From contig OX442314.1 of NCBI GenBank assembly GCA_949358305.1, positions 992,001-1,056,000 on the forward strand: a DNA stretch of 64,000 nucleotides. The letters run 5' to 3'. This stretch comes from Strigamia acuminata. Lineage: Eukaryota. Shown one piece after another: positions 22,824 through 31,000 of this stretch. Position 1 is the stretch's first letter. Each line of letters opens with the position of its first letter. A program made the position numbers and the translations under genes. Under the pieces are notes generated by a model that did not search any database, was not told the DNA's origin, and saw only the letters and a program-made list of their open reading frames with translations.

Positions 22824-23086
22824 ACCTAACGAGTTTGAGTTTATCTTGTCTATTAACGGGCATGGTCGAACGTTCCATATTCCACGTACAGATGTTACAA
22901 AAACACCACGTAAAATGCCGGTATGTTTTAGAACGTACAATTTAGAGAAAAAAGTAGATTTTGATGATAACGATCACATTAGAATATCTACTGTCACCGA
23001 TTGGAGTCCGGAAATAAAAGTTTTCGCCCTCGTGTATTGCAGATTCGATCGTAGTAAATGGGACGATTAAACTAACCATCGTCATA

Positions 23087-25906
23087 TTAATCCTCCGCCA
23101 AGCTTACGTATCCATAAGCCAAAGTATGAATACAATCATCTAATATCACTCGTTTCTTGTCTTTCGCCGACAATGCCAATTTGTCCACCTTGACCGTTGT
23201 GAGATCGTGCAGTTTTGATTTGATCGTTTCAAATTTCAATCTGTGGGCCTCCCGTTCACCGAACAATATCTTCTTGTACGCCTCCAAGTCCAGCTCTTGC
23301 TCCACGACAGCCTTCTTTATGCCTTTACATCGCATGCTCGTTTTCCCGTTCACGTTATAAGCGTAACATTTGGCTCTTAGCCCTATAAACTCTTCTATCG
23401 GATCGCCGGCAGTCTCGTCTTTGAAGCATCCTATGACACGCCTGTTTCTGCCATCGGGTGGGTGGTAATTAGACAGATCCATCACTTCTGGTATTTCTTC
23501 TCTGAAGAACGAGTAGACTGACGGAGCTTCTATTTCGTACATCAAACTATCCGTATCCGTCATCAGCAATCTCAGCTTGTCTGAGAATTTTTTTTTCATG
23601 ACGTTGTAATGAAAGTCGTAGAGCAAGCATTTAGACAAGTCCAGGATAGTTAAACCGCTGTAAATAGGTTTGTCTAACGTCAATTCCAGCTTTCGGCGTT
23701 CAACCAACACCAGTTTTTCGTTTAAATTTTTTTTTCCTTTGAAACCGACGTGGTTGACGTGAGTATTCAAGTCTTTTGCATTGTTTACCAGATAAAATTG
23801 TCTATATTTCCTCACATCTTGTAGAGTTTTTCCAAATACGGAATTGTTAGCTAATTTCGCCAATTCCTGCTCAAAATCACTGGTAGCTGACTTCCGTTTC
23901 TCAATATTCAATTCGATATACTTGGCCAGCCACGGTTTTTGCTCAAACGTCAGCACTCTTTTTATTTTCATCAACGTCATGCCCAGGGACAAGTACAATT
24001 GCAGAGCTCTGTAATGCAGAATGTAATTACAACGACCTTGCAAATGCGGGATTAATCTGGGAGAAGTGTCATCCCCAGAACGTATCATTTCCGGAGCCAA
24101 AGGCAAACAATTGTGGGACGAATGCAGTTCTTGCGGATATCCCAAATCCACTTCCAAGATGCATCCCATCGTATCGTTCTCTCCCATTTTTAAAATCCGT
24201 TCTTGTGTCCATTCGGCTACATTATCGTCGAAGGCAAACTTGCCAACTGGTAGCGGTTTGCTCATTGCCCAGGAATACATGGAATTCGCATCCAAATAGA
24301 CGATGTAACTCTCTGGTTTCTCGCAATCGTATCCCGATGCCAGAAGAGGATTATTGGCTTTGGCGTAGCGTTGACTGATAGTGGCAACACCGCCTCTTAT
24401 TCCTTGTTCGACAAACATGTACATATCTGGATCAGACAGAAGCTCCAATTTAACTTTGGTGATGAGCAGCGCCGCGTCCCAAGAAAGACTTGGAAACGTG
24501 ATGTAATGACAGGGGTCTAGCTTGTAGTGATTTAAACACATTTTTCTGAACTGTTCGAATATATCCGCCAACAACAGAGTGTCGGTCTTCAGATACAAAT
24601 TGTGATATTCGCCCATGTTTTTAATTCTGAACGTTTTCCAAACTAACTGGGCATATTGGTATTCGTCGTCGGTTATGTTCTCAAACTCTTCTTTCGGCGG
24701 AAGTTTATCTTCTTGAAATTTTGACCAACCGGTCATATATCTGTAAGGGTACACTCCTTTCCTCAACAGAAGATCAATTTCCTCGCCTTTAAACTCGCTT
24801 CGAAAGACAGCGAACTGCGACTTCTTCTCTAGATTTTTTGCCAAATTGGATAAACTGCTCGCGAGAAATTGGAAACTATCCATGAATTTTAACGTTACGA
24901 CCTGTTTTGGATCATCACCGGTCTTGATTTTCAACGTGAACGATTTGTATAATTCCGAGTTTTCGGCGATCATCGTCACTTTTTCTGACGCGACGGTCAA
25001 ATGCGGCAATATTAGATGAAAATCATACTTTTTCCCATTATGGAAAATTATAGGCACAGATTTCCGCCAATGGTAGTTGAGGTTACAATTAACGTGTGCG
25101 GCCCCACGAAACTTCCCGGTGAAATGGTTATGATCCAAGACTTTTGTCAAGCCTTTTAATTCTTCCAAGAATTCATCACCGCATAAGTAACACGTTGTTG
25201 CATTTCTATAGGCGATCCATTGAAGCGAAGTCATCGTTTTGGAATTGAATTGTTTATGTTCCAATTCGGAAAATTGCTGAACCACGGCTTTAATTTCCGC
25301 ACGCAACGATTGCAAAAAATGATCGACGGCATCCGGACCTCTATACAGCTGTAACGGTCTGGAATAAGCTTCGTTCTCAGTGCACACTACTTTAAACGAA
25401 TAACCGCACGGCTCGTGAGAATTAATGATGATCGAATGTAAAGTGGGTTCGCTCTCCGCATCAGGTACTAAGAATGCCTCGAAATCGGCGTAACAAACGT
25501 ACGGTAAAGGATATTTTTTTTTCTCACTTTTGAACGTACAGATAGCTCCTTCGTCGGGACATTTAGTGCTGCAGGCTTTATATTTCCCGCAGTATCGTTT
25601 ATGCCTAACGAGCACTATGGCACTGGAAAACCCGTTCATACAGTTCATGCAATAATACCGCTTATGTTTATTGCCGGCGCTCAAGAGTCGCGAGAAATCC
25701 CTGATCCACATGTAATGATTTTGTTTCTTCAGTAGGTTAATAGTGATAAAGCGGTTCGTCAGAATATCTACTTTAATCGGAACAATGCGGGACTTGGGCA
25801 GCAACTCGAATACATTAATGTTCAAACTTACATTCTGTCTTTCAAACGTAAGCACTTCTTTCGGCCCCACGGGAAAAACTAGCCCTTCGAGATTGAGTTT
25901 ATTCAT
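23087..25906 (-). CDS. Protein-primed family B DNA polymerase
   Basis: Exo motifs YADFE, FHNGKKYDFH and YLKTD. Polymerase motifs YLDANSMYSWAM, KLANNSVFGK, MTDTDS and KCY. EndoVII-like insert CYLC...DHNHFTGKFRGAAHVNCN. Confidence 0.96.
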   Translation of the reverse strand: MNKLNLEGLVFPVGPKEVLTFERQNVSLNINVFELLPKSRIVPIKVDILTNRFITINLLKKQNHYMWIRDFSRLLSAGNKHKRYYCMNCMNGFSSAIVLVRHKRYCGKYKACSTKCPDEGAICTFKSEKKKYPLPYVCYADFEAFLVPDAESEPTLHSIIINSHEPCGYSFKVVCTENEAYSRPLQLYRGPDAVDHFLQSLRAEIKAVVQQFSELEHKQFNSKTMTSLQWIAYRNATTCYLCGDEFLEELKGLTKVLDHNHFTGKFRGAAHVNCNLNYHWRKSVPIIFHNGKKYDFHLILPHLTVASEKVTMIAENSELYKSFTLKIKTGDDPKQVVTLKFMDSFQFLASSLSNLAKNLEKKSQFAVFRSEFKGEEIDLLLRKGVYPYRYMTGWSKFQEDKLPPKEEFENITDDEYQYAQLVWKTFRIKNMGEYHNLYLKTDTLLLADIFEQFRKMCLNHYKLDPCHYITFPSLSWDAALLITKVKLELLSDPDMYMFVEQGIRGGVATISQRYAKANNPLLASGYDCEKPESYIVYLDANSMYSWAMSKPLPVGKFAFDDNVAEWTQERILKMGENDTMGCILEVDLGYPQELHSSHNCLPLAPEMIRSGDDTSPRLIPHLQGRCNYILHYRALQLYLSLGMTLMKIKRVLTFEQKPWLAKYIELNIEKRKSATSDFEQELAKLANNSVFGKTLQDVRKYRQFYLVNNAKDLNTHVNHVGFKGKKNLNEKLVLVERRKLELTLDKPIYSGLTILDLSKCLLYDFHYNVMKKKFSDKLRLLMTDTDSLMYEIEAPSVYSFFREEIPEVMDLSNYHPPDGRNRRVIGCFKDETAGDPIEEFIGLRAKCYAYNVNGKTSMRCKGIKKAVVEQELDLEAYKKILFGEREAHRLKFETIKSKLHDLTTVKVDKLALSAKDKKRVILDDCIHTLAYGYVSLAED

Positions 25907-26994
25907 AAACTGTTCGTAATAATCCGCTCTGCAAAGATGAACGACGATTTTTCGGGAACGGAGTGGAATATCGACGCATGTTTGTCTCTTCCCACGCAGC
26001 TCTTGAATTGGTTATCGCAGTAGTGACACGGAAAATAACCCAGCAACCGTTTTGGATCCCTCACAAGTCCGTAGCTATTCTTTCCGTAGAAGAATAGATC
26101 TACGTGATGTTTCCTGTTTCTGTGAACGGTAACGTATCTTTCCACGCGATCGCCATTGCAATAATAAATAGTTACTTCGATATCGGGATTCTGCGACTGG
26201 AATTTTTCTAGGTTTCTGTAAGGCAGCGGAAATTCTAAGCCTTGCAAGTTCAATTCGTGCTCATACTTCAAGTAATTAGATATGCGTTCGGCATTAATAG
26301 CTACCGGATGTAAAGATGCAAGAATGGCCCAAACAAAAGACTTTCGCAAATCCATTTTAAAAGTCAAAACCGCTTTCTTATTGCGAATGACGGCCGATAA
26401 ATCAATATTCGAACCCAATGGAAAGAAGATGGCATCTTTGCCCCATTCACCTTTCTGTTTTAAAATATCAAAATCAATTTTAAGAGCCTCTACACATACT
26501 AAACAGAAGTAGTCGTGAGTTTCTACATATTCAGCACTTTCTTCGGCCAGTTGCCTCGCAGCCAAATCCAAAATTGGATCAACATCATCCGTTAACATCA
26601 CGAACGGCCCGGCCCGGTACCAAAAAAGAGCTGGCGACAATTTCACGGAATGCCGATATCTCAATTGCATCATAACACTCACTTTGCACGAATTCATGTC
26701 GGCTGCAACTTCCGCCACCAAAGCACGGATATTTGGAGCGGCATCTTTAATCACATCTTCTATTTCACAAATCCTTTCATCGAAATTGACCATGTACTCG
26801 CGCGATTGTCCATCAAAGATACCTTTATGAAGATAATACGGAACTGAGATAATCTTCTCAAAATCTTTATATTCGCCGCATTTCTTCAAAAGTTGATCCA
26901 AACCGACATTAAACTTGAAAGCCCTAGATAAATCGCCCCTTTTTCTTTTTCCTTTTAAAAACTCGACACATTTTCTGAATTTGTATCTATTCAT
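25903..26994 (-). CDS. Putative terminal protein plus inactivated vOTU-like domain and zinc finger (homologous to the N-terminus of Polinton pPolB)
   Basis: IRNKKAVL...SFVWAILASLHPV...LNLQGLEFP...CHYC..F....KH matches the N-terminal region of Polinton pPolB proteins. ATGA overlap with the PolB start. Confidence 0.72.
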   Translation of the reverse strand: MNRYKFRKCVEFLKGKRKRGDLSRAFKFNVGLDQLLKKCGEYKDFEKIISVPYYLHKGIFDGQSREYMVNFDERICEIEDVIKDAAPNIRALVAEVAADMNSCKVSVMMQLRYRHSVKLSPALFWYRAGPFVMLTDDVDPILDLAARQLAEESAEYVETHDYFCLVCVEALKIDFDILKQKGEWGKDAIFFPLGSNIDLSAVIRNKKAVLTFKMDLRKSFVWAILASLHPVAINAERISNYLKYEHELNLQGLEFPLPYRNLEKFQSQNPDIEVTIYYCNGDRVERYVTVHRNRKHHVDLFFYGKNSYGLVRDPKRLLGYFPCHYCDNQFKSCVGRDKHASIFHSVPEKSSFIFAERIITNSL

Positions 26995-27127
26995 TCTGAG
27001 CACAGAATGAATCTAAATCATTATCCTTTTTTATATAAAAGAAAAATAAATTAAAAAAAAAGGAAAATTGATTAAGAATGAAACATACTTTTAGGAATTT
27101 TTTTATTTATTAATTAATTAATTAATG

Positions 27128-27400
27128 AATTGAATTACACATTTAGCATTTTCTATTAAATATTTACAAATAAATGAATTACTTGTAAATTAATTGAATT
27201 ACACATTTAGCATTTTCTATTAAATATTTACAAATAAATGAATTACTTGTAAATTAATTGAATTACACATTTAGCATTTTCTATTAAATATTTACAAATA
27301 AATGAATTACTTGTAAATTAATTGAATTACACATTTAAGATTTTTTATTAAATATTTACAAATAAATGAATTACTTGTAAATGAATTGAATTACTTGTAG
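27128..27400 (+). repeat. Subterminal 64-bp tandem repeat, ~4 copies
   Basis: TGAATTACACATTTA recurs at 27131, 27195, 27259 and 27323. Confidence 0.9.
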
Positions 27401-27594
27401 TTATTTATTTTAATTAATTAAATTAATATAATTTATTAGTTATTTATTTATTTATAAATTAAATAAATTAATATAATTTATTTATTTATTTATTTAAAAA
27501 TTGAAGGGTAAGCATCATTTTTTTATGCTCCTGAAATCCATCTGAGTCCTTTCTTTCTTTGTTTTTCATTCATCCATCTTCATACCATCGGGCC

Positions 27595-27689
27595 ATTTCC
27601 TCCTTCATCCCTTTAAATCCCTCCTTGAGGTAGAAATCAAGAATTGCATCTTAAATGCGTATTCATAGATCTCATATTTTACTACAACA
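27595..27689 (-). repeat. Polinton right terminal inverted repeat (95 bp)
   Basis: Reverse complement of 1090-1184, followed by the TSD GCTGAT. Confidence 0.97.
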
Positions 27690-28019
27690 GCTGATCTACC
27701 GGCAAATACCGGCGAAGCTTTTATTCGATTGCTCAAAGATCCTTCATTACAGTACCAAGTTATAGGCAAATCAGGAGACGAAGATGTATTGTTTATTCCC
27801 AACTACAGTGGAAAGCAAACAAAAATAACAGTTAAATTGCTGTTTTTGACATTGCTAAAACAGGTGTGAAATCATCCGAGCAATCATATAAGAATTCAAC
27901 CTGGAACCGATGGCAAATATGAGCTGACCGTTCAAGATGGAAAGAAACAGTCCAAAACCTACAAGCACATAGACCCAAACCTACTTTTCTCTTTTGTCGA
28001 GCTTATTAAGAATCCTAAT

Positions 28020-31000
28020 TTGCAATATAAAGTCTCCCCAGCTGCTAATGGAGAATTTACTGTGACTGTTGTGGATCAACCTGACGACCTCAATACGGGG
28101 ACAATTGGAAAAGGAATTGAGTACTACATCGTTAAACCACAATTCGTTGAACTGATCAGGCAAGTCCGGAAATCAACTAAAGCGGTTAAAATCAAATATC
28201 AGCCAGAAGACGATGGCTTGTTGACGGTAACCTTAACGACTGACAAAGGAACAAAAACCTACAAAAAAATACCTAGAGACATTTTATCCTTGTTTGTTAA
28301 ATTACTCAAGAATCCAACTTTGCAAATCACGGAAGTAGGAAAAGAAGGTTCCAACGTAAAAATTGCGGTTTCTCCTGAACCGCCAAAACCATCAAATATT
28401 ATTACGGTGAAGCCCGAATTCTTAGAGGTCGTAAAAAAAATAAGGAAAGGAGGCTATTCAATTCAAATCGCAACATCAGGTGATACGTACACAATAACTG
28501 TGACTGACGACTCAAATGGGAAAAAGAAAATCTATTCTGATGTGCCAGCTAAAATTGGTGATGCCTTTATTCGATTGGTTAAGAATCCCTCATTGCCGTA
28601 TGAAATTTTAGGCAAATCAGGAGATAAATCTTATTTGTTTATTCCTGACAATAGTGCAGCGCAAACAACATTTACAGTGAAACCACTGTTTTTGACATTG
28701 CTGAAACAAGTACGAAAACATCCAGAAAATAGAATTCAAATTCAACCGGGAACCGATGGCAAATATGAGTTAACCATCCATGAAGGGACGAAAGGATCTA
28801 AAACATACAAGCACATTGATCCAAATTTGCTTTTTGTTTTTGTTAAACTTATTAAGAACCCTGATTTGCAATTTAAGCTCTCACCAGCAGCTAATGGACA
28901 ATTTACGATTACTCTTGAAGAGCAACCTGATGACCTGAACGTTGGGACCGTTGATTCTGATAAATTTTTAGAATTTATAACTAAGGCTAAGAGTGATCCA
29001 TCATACAACTTGAGAATTGGCACTGGAAAAAATGGTTTGGAGCTTGTCATCACTCACAATGGCAAAACAAAAAAATATCCATTACCGGCTAAATTCTTAA
29101 ACATTATTTTTCAATTCCTTAAATCGCAAAAGATTCCAAAAACCGTCAAGCATAATGGCCAAACAACTTTTATTCTGTCTGACGAAGAAACACAAACACC
29201 AATCGAAGTAGACGTCGAGTTCACTGATTTGGTTGAAGAAATCAAGAAGAATCCGACATCAAACTTCAAGTTCAAGGTTGAACCTTCCAAAAATGGGAAA
29301 TTCAACATTATTGTCTTCATTGATGGGAAACCAAAAGAGCTGAAAGACCAATCTCCTGAAGCTATCAAGTTTCTGATAAAAGTAACGAAAAATCCAAAAA
29401 TGCCAATTCATGTCACCAAAGAAAAACCTAAACATAAGGAACCAGCACAAGATCAAACAACTTTTATTGTGTCGAACGATGAAACAAACACATCGATCGA
29501 AGTAGACATTGAGTTCACTGATTTGATCGAAGAGATAAAAAAGAATCCAAAGTCAAACATCAAGTACAAGGTGGAACCTTCAAAAAATGGAAAATCCAAC
29601 ATTATTGTCTACATTAATGGAAAACCAAATAAGTTGAAAGACCAATCCTCTGAAGCTATCAAGTTTCTGATAAAAGTAACAAAAAATCCAAAGTTGCCGA
29701 TTCACATTGTCAAAGAAGAACCTAAACATGACGAACCAACTTTTGTTGTGACGGACGAAGAGACAAACACTCCGATAACAGTAGATCTTGAGTTCACTGA
29801 TTTGATCGAACAGATAAAAAAGAATCCAAAGTCAAACATCAAGTACAAGGTGGAACCTTCTAAAAACGGAAAATCGAACATTATTGTCTTCATTAATGGA
29901 AAGCCAAAGAAGTTGAAAGACCAATCCCCTGAAGCTATCAAGTTTCTGATAAAAGTAACCAAAAACCCAAAATTGCCAATTCACATTGTTAAAGAAAAAC
30001 CTGGACGTAAAGAACCTCACCATGAAAAACCTGGACAAAAAGAACCTCACCATGAAAAACCTGGACAAAAAGAACCTCACCATGAAAAACCTGGACAAAA
30101 AGAACCTCACCATGAAAAACCTGGACAAAAAGAACCTCACCATGAAAAACCTGAACATAAAGAACCTCACCATGAAAAACCTGGACAAAAAGAACCTCAC
30201 CATGAAAAACCTGGACAAAAAGAACCTCACCATGAAAAACCTGGACAAAAAGAACCTCACCATGAAAAACCTGGACAAAAAGAACCTCACCATAAAAAAC
30301 CTGAACATAAAGAACCACACAGAAAAGAACATAAGCCTAAGGATGTTATTCATGTAATTTCACCTGGAAAGACTTCGACTGATCCCATTATTGCAATACC
30401 AAAGAATCAATTGGCACTTGTCCAGACAATCAAATCAGCTCCTCAGTTATCCATTTCCATTGCTCCAGACGGTCCAAATTTCAAAATTACTGTCAGTGAT
30501 GGTCAAGATACCAAAACCTATCCAGATATTACTTCTGAATTATTGAATAAGTTAATTACTATTCGGAATCAAAAGGATTTGCCATTTGAAATCACCCCTT
30601 CAGATGATCCGAAGAAGGTAAACATTAATGTTCCAAATAAGAAAAAACCAGATGTTGAAAATATTGATATAAATATCGATTATCTGAAACCTTTGGAAAT
30701 TGTAAGACATCAACCAGATACTGAGATTGAAATTGAGCCAGACAATGAAGGTACTTTTACAGTAACAATCAAACCGAAAGATGGAAGCAAACCTCACACC
30801 TTGAAGCATGTGCATCCAAATGTCTTGAATTTGATCAGCAAGCTGAAAACAACTCCACACGTACAATTCAGAGTAAAGTCAGACAAGCGTGGAAAGATTC
30901 AATTGGTCGTACCAAAACACCAATCGCAACCAGTTCATACAAAACTAACTCCAGAGATCATCGATTTATTAAAGAACATCAAACAAAAACCACAATTGAA

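Larger units (their letters stand above)
11761..23070 (+). pseudogene. Coiled-coil (fibre/spike-like) Polinton gene, 546 aa when reconstituted, interrupted by the LTR element
   Basis: 11761-13158 joins in frame with 22828-23070 once the insert and one ACCT TSD copy are removed (YTVIP|NEFEFILSINGHGR). Long heptad-rich N-terminal region and a beta-rich C-terminal region. Confidence 0.8.
1090..27689. mobile_element. Polinton/Maverick (adintovirus-like endogenous dsDNA virus), ~16.9 kb without the nested LTR element
   Basis: Perfect 95-bp TIRs and a 6-bp TSD GCTGAT (1084-1089, 27690-27695). Gene set includes integrase, ATPase, minor and major capsid proteins, proteases and pPolB. Confidence 0.97.

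Noticed and set aside
27867..27869. In-frame TGA as selenocysteine or programmed readthrough
   Set aside because: The paralogous repeat has Arg (CGA) at this position, so a C>T nonsense change is the simpler explanation. No SECIS element was recognised.
29832..30357. Alternative-frame and antisense repetitive ORFs (also 35322-35741, 42126-42909, 47492-48442)
   Set aside because: They are shadows of tandem repeats lacking stop codons.
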